DNA of 64,000 nt from Acidobacteriota bacterium (GCA_016871195.1 VFZN01000009.1:1451-65450), one strand, 5' to 3'. Positions 54,893 to 63,615 are shown, counted from the first letter of the stretch. Numbers and translations are program-made. The notes: generated from the letters alone by a model not told the origin.

Positions 54893-55600
54893 TCATGATG
54901 TCGGCGGCAGATCAAGCAGCTTATAGCCGAACTGCTTGATAGTGACGATGGCGTCGACCAGCACGGGCAGCTTCTCGCGGAGGCGGCGGATATGCACATC
55001 GACCGTGCGCGTGCCGCCAGTGTAGGCGTACCCCCACACATCGGTCAGCAGCAGGTCGCGCGACAGCACGCGTCCGCGGTGTTCCAGCAGGTACTGCAGC
55101 AGCAGGAATTCCTTGGCGGTGATGTGGATGTCCTCGCCGCCATGGCGCACGACGTGCCGCTCGACATCGACACTGAGCGGTCCGTAGGTGAGCGTCGGGG
55201 CCGAGGGCGCGATGCGATGGGTGCGCCGCAGCAGGGCGCGGACACGGGCCACCACCTCCTTCGGACTGAAGGGCTTGGTGATGTAGTCGTCGGCGCCTGT
55301 CTCGAGTCCCGCGATGCGCTCGTCCTCGCCGTCGCGGGCGGTCAGCAGGATGATGGGCACCAGGGCCGTCGCCGTGTCGGTGCGCAGGGCCCGGCACAGC
55401 TCGAGGCCGTCCATGCCGGGCAGCATCACATCCAGCAGCAGCACGTCGGGCGGTTCGCGGCGGGCCTGGGCCAGCACGTCACGGCCCGAGGTGAGGACGG
55501 TGGCGACAAAGCCGGCCTTCTGAAGATAGCGCGCCACCAGCTGGCCGATGTCGGCGTCGTCTTCGACAATGAGCGCGCGCAGCGGAGCAGCGGTGGACAT
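54893..55600 (-). CDS. OmpR/PhoB-family response regulator
   Basis: ALIVEDDADIG...DVLLLDVMLPGMDG...ADDYITKPF receiver plus a winged helix (ITAKEFLLLQYL...FGYKL). ATG 55600. Confidence 0.85.
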   Translation of the reverse strand: MSTAAPLRALIVEDDADIGQLVARYLQKAGFVATVLTSGRDVLAQARREPPDVLLLDVMLPGMDGLELCRALRTDTATALVPIILLTARDGEDERIAGLETGADDYITKPFSPKEVVARVRALLRRTHRIAPSAPTLTYGPLSVDVERHVVRHGGEDIHITAKEFLLLQYLLEHRGRVLSRDLLLTDVWGYAYTGGTRTVDVHIRRLREKLPVLVDAIVTIKQFGYKLLDLPPTS

Positions 55601-55609
55601 GAACCGGCC

Positions 55610-55626
55610 TAATTGTACCGTGACGG
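55610..55626 (-). promoter_or_regulatory. TAATTGT-N3-GTGAC-GG element next to response-regulator start
   Basis: TAATTGTACCGTGACGG, a near-copy of 45799-45814 (TAATTGTGGGTTACGG). It lies in the 68-nt divergent region between the regulator and the DsbD-N-like gene. Confidence 0.3.
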
Positions 55627-55668
55627 CGGCGGTTGATTCGCGGGCGCAGCCCGCATACGCTGTGAGGC

Positions 55669-56196
55669 ATGCGACGCATGCTGCTGGGCACACTGCTGGC
55701 CACATTGCTGGGACTGACGCTGCAGGCGCAGGCACCGGCTCCCAATCCCTTCGGCCCGTCAGCCCGCTCCACCACCAGTCATCTGACGGTCGAGTCGCGC
55801 ATCAGTCCGGAAGAGGCCGCGCCGGGGGCGACCCTCACCGTCGCCCTCGACATCACGCCGCGCCGCAGCATTCATGTCTACGCTCCGGGGAAGCACGACT
55901 ATCAGGTGATTGCCCTCACGCTCGATGCACAGCCGTGGCTGCGGCTCGAGCCGACGAAGTATCCGCCGTTCGAGAAGTATCACTTTGCGCCGCTCAACGA
56001 GACGGTTGAGGTGTACTCGCAGCCGTTCCGCCTGACGCGGACCGTGCGTGTGCTCGACACGCCCGAGGCCCGGCGGGCCCTGGCCTCAGGCACGGCGACG
56101 GTGACCGGTCAGCTCGAGTATCAGGCGTGCGACGACCGTGTGTGCTTTGCACCGTCGAAAGTGGCCGTGCGCCTGCCGGTACGCCTCACGCGCTGA
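55669..56196 (+). CDS. DsbD N-terminal-domain-like (thiol:disulfide interchange alpha-domain) protein
   Basis: Signal peptide, IHVYAPG and a C-terminal LEYQACDDRVCFAP motif. Confidence 0.6.
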   Translation: MRRMLLGTLLATLLGLTLQAQAPAPNPFGPSARSTTSHLTVESRISPEEAAPGATLTVALDITPRRSIHVYAPGKHDYQVIALTLDAQPWLRLEPTKYPPFEKYHFAPLNETVEVYSQPFRLTRTVRVLDTPEARRALASGTATVTGQLEYQACDDRVCFAPSKVAVRLPVRLTR

Positions 56197-56253
56197 TCAG
56201 GGCGCGCGACGGCTCCGTACAGCTCGTTCCCGTGAACGCTGCCGGCCCCCGGT

Positions 56254-57492
56254 TCAGTGCTCGGCTGGACCGTGCGATCGGAACAGCAGCACATAGACGG
56301 CAATGGCCGCCAGCACGAGTCCGTTGATGGCCAGCATGGTGGGGGCTGATCCGACCTGCGTAATCATCCAGCCGCTGGCGAGTCCGCCGAGCGGCGAGCC
56401 TCCGCGGAACGCCACCATGTAGATGCTGACGACGCGTCCGCGCAGTTCGGGAGGGGCCATCAGCTGCACCAGCGAATTGTTGAGCGAGAAGCACATCACG
56501 AGCAGCGCACCGGTGAAAAAGAGAATGGCGGTGCTGACCTCGACGCTGGGCGAGAGCGCAAAGGCGGTCATGGCAAGGCCGAAGGCGCACAGCAGGCCGA
56601 GCATGAGGCGGCCCATGTGGCGGTGCTTGCCGAGCCAGGCCACAAACAGGGCTCCGCACACGGCCCCGACGCCCGAGGTGGTCATCATCTTCGTATAGAG
56701 CACGACATCCTGCTTGAACACATCCTTGGCCATCACGGGCAGGAAGGTCAGCAGGGGAATGCCGAGGAAGGCCGCGAGAAATCCCAGCAGGGTGATGCGC
56801 TGCAGATCGCGCGAGCCGGCCACGTGGCGCAGGCCATCCTTCATCTGCGTGACGAGCGACACAGACGAGGGCGGCGGCACGTGCACGTTGCGCAGCGACA
56901 GAATCGCGGCCATCACGAACAGGAACGAGATGCCGTTGAACCCGAAGCACATCACCATGCCGAACGACGCCAGTGCGGCACCGGCGACGATGGGGCCGAT
57001 GATGCGTGCGAGGTTGAACTGAATCGAATTGAGGGCGACGGCGTTCGGCAGGTGTTCTTTCTGAACCAGTGTGGGCACGAGCGCCTGGTAGGCCGGCCCT
57101 CCGAAGGCCTGGGCGCAGCCGGTCACACACGACAGGGCCAGAATGTGCCAGATGCGGATGGCGTCGGTGACGACCAGCGTGGCCAGGGTGAAGGCGACGG
57201 ACATCTGCACAATCTGTGACAGTAGCATCAGGCGTCGCCGGTCGTGGCGATCGGCGACGACGCCGCCCACGATGGTGAGCAGGAGGATGGGCAGTTCCCC
57301 GAGAAAACTGTCGAGACCGAGATAGAAGGCCGAGCGATCGCCCGTGAGGGTGACGATGAGCCAGGCCTGGGCGACTTTCTGCATCCAGGTGCCGATGCTC
57401 GACGTGAGGGCACCCATCCAGAGCAGACGGAAGTCGCGGTAGGTCAGGGCCGCGGAAATGCGGCGGATGGCATCGAGCAGGTGCGCGTGCAA
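56254..57492 (-). CDS. MFS transporter (MFS_3/EntS-like)
   Basis: YRDFRLLWMGALTSSIGTWMQKVAQAWL N-terminal pattern and about 12 TM segments. The track start is a TTG, so the start is uncertain. Confidence 0.8.
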   Translation of the reverse strand: MHAHLLDAIRRISAALTYRDFRLLWMGALTSSIGTWMQKVAQAWLIVTLTGDRSAFYLGLDSFLGELPILLLTIVGGVVADRHDRRRLMLLSQIVQMSVAFTLATLVVTDAIRIWHILALSCVTGCAQAFGGPAYQALVPTLVQKEHLPNAVALNSIQFNLARIIGPIVAGAALASFGMVMCFGFNGISFLFVMAAILSLRNVHVPPPSSVSLVTQMKDGLRHVAGSRDLQRITLLGFLAAFLGIPLLTFLPVMAKDVFKQDVVLYTKMMTTSGVGAVCGALFVAWLGKHRHMGRLMLGLLCAFGLAMTAFALSPSVEVSTAILFFTGALLVMCFSLNNSLVQLMAPPELRGRVVSIYMVAFRGGSPLGGLASGWMITQVGSAPTMLAINGLVLAAIAVYVLLFRSHGPAEH

Positions 57493-57534
57493 GGCTGCTC
57501 ATGTTAGCGCAGTGCCTGTGGGGAACATCGGCGC

Positions 57535-57562
57535 TTGACATTCGTATTTTGTTCGCTATGAT
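57535..57562 (+). promoter_or_regulatory. Near-consensus sigma70-type promoter of imuA operon
   Basis: TTGACA (57535-57540), a 16-nt spacer, then TATGAT (57557-57562). GGGAG Shine-Dalgarno at 57594-57598 and ATG at 57604. Confidence 0.5.
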
Positions 57563-57588
57563 GGCGCTTAAGGCGAAACAAAAGCGAA
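57541..57588 (+). promoter_or_regulatory. Two inverted TTCG-N7-TTCG(C) elements (candidate LexA/SOS operators)
   Basis: TTCGTATTTTGTTCGC (57541-57556) fills the promoter spacer. GCGAAACAAAAGCGAA (57573-57588) is its imperfect reverse complement (TTCGCTTTTGTTTCGC). Both resemble the direct-repeat GTTC-N7-GTTC SOS box. Confidence 0.45.
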
Positions 57589-57603
57589 TTACCGGGAGTA
57601 TCC

Positions 57604-58653
57604 ATGGCTGTTCCCCAGAGTGTGTCCCAAATCGTGATGCGGTTCGCGAGTGCCGCGGTCCCTGCGGCGTATGCGGTCCCCGGGGCTGCGGCGGCCCCGG
57701 CGATCCCGGTGGCCAATAGCGAACGTGCGACGACAGCCCGGGTGTCAGCGCCGGAAGCCTCGCAGGCCTTGCCCCCGGCATCGGCGCATGCGTCGACCCG
57801 GGTCGCGACCCGGGCATCGGCGGTGCTGTCGCTGCTGCAGCAGCGGCGGCTCGATCGCACGCTGACATCGGTCAAGCCGGCGACAGCGCCGAGTTATGCC
57901 GACTGGCAGATTCCGTGGCTCGATGCCGGTGTGGGCGGGGTGCCGCGCGGGCAGGTGTCCGAGGTGGTGGGGCCGGTGTCGTCTGGGCGTACGGGGCTGG
58001 CGTGGGCGGCCCTGGCTGCGGCGACGGCGCGTGGTGAGCGTGTGGCACTGATTGACACGTTCGACCGGTTCGATCCGGTCCTGGCAGACGAGGCCGGAGT
58101 CGATCTGTCGCGGGTGCTGTGGGTGCGCGGGCAGCCGGTGTCGCGTCTGGCCGGGGCGCTCGATCCCGACTGGGTGCCCGGGCAGCGTGCGGCGCAGGGG
58201 CCGGGCACGCTGTTCGAGCGCAGTCTCGACAGGGCGCTCACGTCGGTGCAGCTGGCGGCGCAGTCGGGGGTGTGCACCCTGGTGGTGCTCGATCTGCTCG
58301 ACGTGCCGGCACTGGCGCTGCGCCGCATTCCCCGGTCGACCTGGCTGCGGCTGCAGCACAGCATCGAGGGCAGTCCGGTGGCGGTGTTGCTGCTGGGCGT
58401 GCAGCCCATGGGGCACAGTGCCGGGGGGCTGTCGATTGCGGTGGGGCCTCCTGTGGGTGCCCATGCGTCCGATGACGGGTCCGATGACAGGGCTGGTGCC
58501 GGCCGGCTGGCGACGTCAGCGGCGTCGGCCAGTGCGCGGGTGCAGTGGCGGGGCACGCACGACCGTGCGCGTCGCCTGCATGGCCTGCAGGTGGCGCTGC
58601 GCGGCCGTACCACACGGAAGACGACGATGGTGTCGTCGGTGCTGTTCGGGTAA
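57604..58653 (+). CDS. imuA: ImuA-like (RecA-fold) SOS mutagenesis cassette protein
   Basis: Position immediately upstream of imuB-dnaE2. RecA/ImuA-like core GVPRGQVSEVVGPVSSGRTGLAWAALA...RVALIDTFDRFDP. About 100-aa Ala/Pro-rich N-terminal extension. Confidence 0.65.
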   Translation: MAVPQSVSQIVMRFASAAVPAAYAVPGAAAAPAIPVANSERATTARVSAPEASQALPPASAHASTRVATRASAVLSLLQQRRLDRTLTSVKPATAPSYADWQIPWLDAGVGGVPRGQVSEVVGPVSSGRTGLAWAALAAATARGERVALIDTFDRFDPVLADEAGVDLSRVLWVRGQPVSRLAGALDPDWVPGQRAAQGPGTLFERSLDRALTSVQLAAQSGVCTLVVLDLLDVPALALRRIPRSTWLRLQHSIEGSPVAVLLLGVQPMGHSAGGLSIAVGPPVGAHASDDGSDDRAGAGRLATSAASASARVQWRGTHDRARRLHGLQVALRGRTTRKTTMVSSVLFG

Positions 58654-58657
58654 GACG

Positions 58658-60130
58658 ATGTTTGCCGCGGTGCAGATCGAGGGGGCGACGACAGTCGAGA
58701 TGGTGTGCGCAGCGGCTGAGGCCTTCTCGCCGCGCATTGAGGTGCGGCCATCGTGTGTGGTGCTCGATGTCTCGGGGATGACACGGCTGTTTGGCGGGGC
58801 GGTCGAGGTTGGCGAGGCGCTGCTGGGGGCGATGCCCGGAGTGCGGGCGGTGGCGGTGGCGCCGACGTGTGCGGGGGCTATGGTGCTGGCGGCCTCGGCA
58901 CCGGGCCTGCATGTGGCTGAGACCTCCGAGGCGATGGCTGTGCAGCTGTCGACGTTGCCAGTCGCCGTGCTCGAGGGCGTGATGCAGGCCTCGTCCGGTC
59001 GTACAGACACAGGGCGTGCGGGTCGCGAGGTCGGGGGCGGAGGGGGTCGTGTGCGGCAGGCGCTGCAGCGGTGGGGCGTCACCACGCTGGGGGCGCTGGT
59101 GGCGCTGCCCGCCGCGCAGGTGCGCACACGGCTGGGCGACGTCGGGGTGGCATGGCAGCGGCTGGCGCGCGGCCTCGACGAGGCGCCGCTGGTGCCACGG
59201 GTGGCGGCGCCGGTCTTCGAGCGCGCCCTCGAGCTCGAGTGGCCCATCGAGGGGCGCGAGCCGCTCTCGTTTGTACTGGCGCGGCTCCTCGACCCGCTCG
59301 CGCTCGAGCTCGAGCGCGCGGATCGGGGCGCGGTCTGTGTGCGGACCGCCCTGCACCTGACGACCCGCGCCGTGCATGTCCGCGCGCTGCCGCTGCCGGC
59401 GCCGCTGCGCGACGCGAAGACCCTGCGCACCCTCGTGCTGCTCGACCTCGAGTCGCATCCGCCCGCGGCCGCCATCGACCGCGTGCATGTGCGACTCGAC
59501 CCCACGCCCGCTCGGGTGCTGCAGCACACGCTTTTCGAGCCGGCGCAGCCGGCCCCCGAACAGATCGCCACGCTCATCGCCCGGCTCACGGCTGTCATGG
59601 GCGAGGGACGCGTCGGTACGCCTGCGCTGGCCGATACCTGGACGCCGGGAGCCTTCCGCATGCAGCCCTGCGAACTCGGGCCGCTCCCGCCCCCGCAGCA
59701 CGCAGCATCCTCTGGGCCCGTCTCGAATGCGGTGCGCCTGGCGAATTTGCCCCCGCCGCACGCGGCCTCCGACGCTGTTCCGCCTTCGGCCTCTTCGGGC
59801 CACACAACCGCAGGCTCGCCTCATACCCCCGATCTGCCCATCGGGTTTCGTCGCTTCCGCTTGCCGGTACCGGTGCGCGTGCGGGTGCACGAGGGACGGC
59901 CTGTGCATCTGCTCTGCGATCGTCCGGGCATTGCCGGCGGCTCCATCGTGCAGGCCTCGGGGCCGTGGCGCACATCCGGTGCCTGGTGGCAGGCCCCTGC
60001 AGCCGTCACCGACGGACAGGTGCCCTGGGACCGCGACGAGTGGGACATTGCCCTGGCCGACGGCACGCTCTATCGGCTGCACGTCGAACGCGCGGTGGGG
60101 CAGTGGGCACTCGATGGCCTGTTCGACTGA
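58658..60130 (+). CDS. imuB: ImuB, Y-family polymerase-like accessory protein
   Basis: MFAAVQIEG...AFSPRIEVRPSCVVLDVSGMTRLFGG N-terminus is typical of ImuB. ATG 58658 lies 4 nt after the imuA TAA. The track ORF start 58052 overlaps imuA. Confidence 0.8.
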   Translation: MFAAVQIEGATTVEMVCAAAEAFSPRIEVRPSCVVLDVSGMTRLFGGAVEVGEALLGAMPGVRAVAVAPTCAGAMVLAASAPGLHVAETSEAMAVQLSTLPVAVLEGVMQASSGRTDTGRAGREVGGGGGRVRQALQRWGVTTLGALVALPAAQVRTRLGDVGVAWQRLARGLDEAPLVPRVAAPVFERALELEWPIEGREPLSFVLARLLDPLALELERADRGAVCVRTALHLTTRAVHVRALPLPAPLRDAKTLRTLVLLDLESHPPAAAIDRVHVRLDPTPARVLQHTLFEPAQPAPEQIATLIARLTAVMGEGRVGTPALADTWTPGAFRMQPCELGPLPPPQHAASSGPVSNAVRLANLPPPHAASDAVPPSASSGHTTAGSPHTPDLPIGFRRFRLPVPVRVRVHEGRPVHLLCDRPGIAGGSIVQASGPWRTSGAWWQAPAAVTDGQVPWDRDEWDIALADGTLYRLHVERAVGQWALDGLFD

Positions 60131-60147
60131 GTCATCCGGATCGCTCG

Positions 60148-63100
60148 ATGTACGTCGAACTGCATACGGCGTCAGCCTTTTCATTTCTGCAGGCGGCCTC
60201 CTCACCAGAGGCGCTCGTCGCCCGGGCGGCCGAGCTGGGATACCCCGCCCTGGCACTGCTCGATCGCGACGGCGTCTACGGGGCCCCGCGCTTTCACAAG
60301 GCGGCCCGTGCCGCAGGCCTGCGCCCCCTCATCGGGGCCGAACTCACCATGCAGGCTGCCGCCGGGCACCACTGGGTGCTGCCCGTGCTGGTCGAGTCGG
60401 TGCAGGGCTGGCGTCACCTGTGCCAGCTCATCTCCCGCATGAAACTGCGGGCGGCCAAGGGACACGGCGCCCTGACGCTGGCCGATCTCGACGGACAGGT
60501 GGGCGGGCTGGTCGCCCTGGTCGGCGATCCGCTGCTGCAGGTCGGGCGCGACGGCGTCGGTGGCCTGCTCGATCGCCTCATCGGCACCTTCGGCCGCACG
60601 CAGCTCTATGTCGAACTGCAGCGGCACCTGCAGCGCGATCAGGAAGATGCCAACGCCATGCTCGTGTCACTGGCCGAGGCGTTCCGTGTGCCGCTGGTCG
60701 CCACCGGCGGGGTGCGTTATGCCACGGCGGCCGAGCGTCCGCTCTGTGATGTGCTCACCTGCATCCGGGCCCACACCACCCTCGAGGCCGCCGGGCGGCG
60801 GCTGGCGCCCAATGCCGAGCGGCTCCTCAAGGCCCCCGCCCAGATGGCGCGGCTGTTTGCCGATCGCCCCGATGCGGTGCAGGCCACGCTGGCCCTGGCC
60901 GATCGCCTGCAGTTTTCCATGCACGATCTGGGCTATCGGTTTCCGCGGTATCCCGTGCCGCACGGCGACACCGAGCACGGGTTTCTCTGCCAGATGGTCG
61001 ACGTCGGTGCCCGGCATCGCTACCAGCCGTATCACGATCGTGCGCGCGCGCAAATCGCCCGCGAACTGCACCTCATCGACACCCTCAATCTCGCCGGCTA
61101 CTTCCTCATCGTCTGGGACATCGTCAATTTTTGCCGACAGAATGACATTCTGGTGCAGGGACGGGGCTCGGCCGCCAACAGTGCCGTCTGCTACAGCCTG
61201 GGCATCACGGCCGTCGATCCGGTCGGCATGGAACTGCTGTTCGAGCGGTTTCTCTCGGAGGAACGGGGCGAGTGGCCCGATATCGACCTCGACCTGCCCA
61301 GCGGGCTGAGGCGCGAGCGGGTGATTCAGTACGTCTACGAGAAATACGGCCCGCACGGGGCGGCCATGACGGCCAATGTCATCACCTATCGGGGGCGCAG
61401 CGCCGCGCGCGAGGTCGGCAAGGTGCTGGGCATGGCGCCTGCCGACATCGATCGCCTGTCGGCGGTGCTCGCTCACGCCGACACCGAGGGCACTGCAGAC
61501 CACCGGGCGCGTCACCTCGCCGCGCAGGGGTATCTCGGTGACGCTGCGCAGCTGCAGCAGTTTGCGGCACTGTGGCCGCAGATGCTCAATGTGCCCCGGC
61601 ATCTGGGCCAGCATTCAGGGGGCATGGTCATCAGCCAGGGGGCCCTGTCGTCGGTCGTGCCGCTCGAGCCGGCCAGCATGCCCGGCCGTGTCGTGGTGCA
61701 GTGGGACAAGGAAGACTGCGCCGACATGGGCATCATCAAGGTCGATCTGCTGGGGCTCGGCATGATGGCGGCACTCCAGGAAGCCATCCGGCTCATCAAT
61801 GGCCCGGGGCGTCAGCCTCCGCGCATCGATCTGGCGCATCTGCCGCCCAATGACCCGGCGGTGTACGCCATGCTGCAGGCGGCCGATACCGTCGGCATTT
61901 TCCAGGTGGAATCACGGGCGCAGATGGCCACGTTGCCACGATTGAAGCCCGCCACGTTTTACGATCTGGTGGTCGAAATTGCCCTCATTCGACCCGGGCC
62001 GATTGTGGGCCAGATGGTGCATCCCTATCTCAACCGCAGGGCCGGGCGAGAGCCCGTGACCTACGACCATCCGCTGCTCGAGCCGATCCTCAGGCGCACG
62101 CTCGGCGTGCCGTTATTCCAGGAGCAGCTGCTGCGCATGGCCATGGCGGTGGCCGGGTTTACCGGGGGGCAGGCCGAGGAACTGCGCCGGGCCATGGGCT
62201 TCAAGCGATCAGAGCAGCGCATGCAGCAGATGGAACGGCTGCTGCGCGACGGCATGGCCCGTCACGGCATCACCGGCGAGGTAGCCGATCGCATTGTGCT
62301 GTCGATCACCTCGTTTGCGCTCTACGGCTTTCCCGAGTCGCATGCCGCCAGTTTCGCGCTGCTGGTCTACGCCAGTGCCTATCTCAAGGCGCACTATCCG
62401 GCGGCATTCTACACGGCCCTGCTCAATAACCAGCCGATGGGGTTCTACCATCCGTCCACACTGGTCAAAGACGCACAGCGGCGCGGTGTGCGGTTCGCGC
62501 CGATTGATGTGCAGGTCTCGCAGTGGCCCTGCCAGGTCGAACCGGATGGCACGATTCGTCTCGGCCTGTCCTATGTGCAGGGGTTGCGCGCCGAGGCGGG
62601 CCAGGCCATCACGCGTGTCTCCGCACACACCAGGTCACCGGCGACGCCAGGCGGTTCACCCGCATCACACACGGCCTGTCCCAAGTGCGGCTGTGACGAT
62701 GCGTCGATGCTGGAGGGCGGATTCTGCAACGTGTGCTCGCATCAGTGGTCGGTGTCGGTACCGGTGCCGCAGCGGTTCCGATCGATCGATGAACTGGTGC
62801 GGATGGCGGGGCTGCGCCATGACGAAGTCGAGGCACTGGCGGCCATTGGCGCCCTCAACAGCCTCGGTGGCGATCGGCGGTCGGCCCTGTGGCAGGCGGC
62901 ACAGGCCGTGCGGCCCAGTGGTGAACTGTTCACCGACACCGAAGAAGGCATCGTCGAACACGAGCCCGCTCCGCTGGCACCGATGACCGACCTCGATCGC
63001 CTGGTGGCCGACTACGACGGCACCAGCCTCACGCTGGGGGCGCATCCTATGCGCTGGCACCGCGAGGCGCTGGCGATGCGCGGTGTCATGCGGGCCACCG

Positions 63101-63405
63101 ACCTGCAGCAGGCGCGCCCGGGACGCCGTGTGCGCACGGCCGGCATGGTCATCACCCGCCAGCGGCCTGTCACGGCGAAGGGGTTTGTCTTTCTGACACT
63201 GGAAGATGAAACCGGGCTGGCCAACGTCATCATCAGGCCGGCGCTCTACGACACCTCGCAGCAGGTGGCGATGACGGCATCGTGTCTGCTGGTGGAAGGT
63301 GTGCTGCAGCAACAGGAAGGTGTCACGTCTGTGCGGGCCGAGCGTCTCGTGGCCCTCGATCATCAGGCAGTGCCAGTCGACATCACCGCGCGGAACTTCC
63401 ACTGA
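60148..63405 (+). CDS. dnaE2: Error-prone DNA polymerase DnaE2 (ImuC)
   Basis: MYVELHTASAFSFLQAASSPE PHP-domain start and polymerase core GSAANSAVCYSLGIT...DIDLDL...KVDLLGLGMM. C-terminal OB region. 1085 aa from ATG 60148. Confidence 0.9.
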   Translation: MYVELHTASAFSFLQAASSPEALVARAAELGYPALALLDRDGVYGAPRFHKAARAAGLRPLIGAELTMQAAAGHHWVLPVLVESVQGWRHLCQLISRMKLRAAKGHGALTLADLDGQVGGLVALVGDPLLQVGRDGVGGLLDRLIGTFGRTQLYVELQRHLQRDQEDANAMLVSLAEAFRVPLVATGGVRYATAAERPLCDVLTCIRAHTTLEAAGRRLAPNAERLLKAPAQMARLFADRPDAVQATLALADRLQFSMHDLGYRFPRYPVPHGDTEHGFLCQMVDVGARHRYQPYHDRARAQIARELHLIDTLNLAGYFLIVWDIVNFCRQNDILVQGRGSAANSAVCYSLGITAVDPVGMELLFERFLSEERGEWPDIDLDLPSGLRRERVIQYVYEKYGPHGAAMTANVITYRGRSAAREVGKVLGMAPADIDRLSAVLAHADTEGTADHRARHLAAQGYLGDAAQLQQFAALWPQMLNVPRHLGQHSGGMVISQGALSSVVPLEPASMPGRVVVQWDKEDCADMGIIKVDLLGLGMMAALQEAIRLINGPGRQPPRIDLAHLPPNDPAVYAMLQAADTVGIFQVESRAQMATLPRLKPATFYDLVVEIALIRPGPIVGQMVHPYLNRRAGREPVTYDHPLLEPILRRTLGVPLFQEQLLRMAMAVAGFTGGQAEELRRAMGFKRSEQRMQQMERLLRDGMARHGITGEVADRIVLSITSFALYGFPESHAASFALLVYASAYLKAHYPAAFYTALLNNQPMGFYHPSTLVKDAQRRGVRFAPIDVQVSQWPCQVEPDGTIRLGLSYVQGLRAEAGQAITRVSAHTRSPATPGGSPASHTACPKCGCDDASMLEGGFCNVCSHQWSVSVPVPQRFRSIDELVRMAGLRHDEVEALAAIGALNSLGGDRRSALWQAAQAVRPSGELFTDTEEGIVEHEPAPLAPMTDLDRLVADYDGTSLTLGAHPMRWHREALAMRGVMRATDLQQARPGRRVRTAGMVITRQRPVTAKGFVFLTLEDETGLANVIIRPALYDTSQQVAMTASCLLVEGVLQQQEGVTSVRAERLVALDHQAVPVDITARNFH

Positions 63406-63542
63406 CAGCCCGAACGTCCACTGCAGACCTGTGCAGGGGCTCAGCCCGCGGCTTCAGTTGGTCAGTCGACAATGATCGGCGGTACGGGGCCGCCCTGAGG
63501 CACAGGCGCGACCACCGGATGGTGTCAGCCGTACGCACGAAA

Positions 63543-63575
63543 GCCCGGAGCCAGCCTCAATGGCGGCCCCGGGCC
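63543..63575. terminator. Imperfect GC hairpin between dnaE2 and ridA-like gene
   Basis: 12 bp paired (6+3+3, with a mismatch and a bulge), loop tcaat. It lies between convergent genes. Flanks are weakly T-rich on both strands. Confidence 0.3.
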
Positions 63576-63615
63576 TTCAGTCCGTGTTGTGTGCGGCCAT
63601 CAGCGCCGCATGTGC

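Noticed and set aside
57493-57603. Search for Cheo-box (CGAAC-N4-GTTCG) or CTGT-N8-ACAG LexA sites in the imuA upstream region
   Set aside because: Neither palindromic consensus is present. Only the TTCG-N7-TTCG direct-repeat elements were found, and these are reported separately.
58052-58657. Upstream extension of the imuB ORF overlapping imuA
   Set aside because: The ImuB family N-terminus (MFAAVQIEG...) starts at ATG 58658. The extension lies inside imuA in a different frame.
59071-60147. N-terminal 359-aa extension of the dnaE2 ORF (track ORF 59071..63405)
   Set aside because: The extension is Arg/Ala/Gly-rich nonsense overlapping imuB in another frame. The conserved PHP-domain start MYVELHTASAFSFL begins at ATG 60148, 17 nt after the imuB stop.
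58238-60256. 672-aa and 429-aa minus-strand ORFs across imuA/imuB
   Set aside because: Same shadow-ORF signature. The + strand products match the ImuA/ImuB family patterns and form a tight operon.
63406-63615. 210-nt intergenic region after dnaE2 as a possible small RNA or riboswitch
   Set aside because: Apart from one imperfect hairpin (63543-63575), I see no conserved-looking structure or promoter. It cannot be supported without covariance-model searches.
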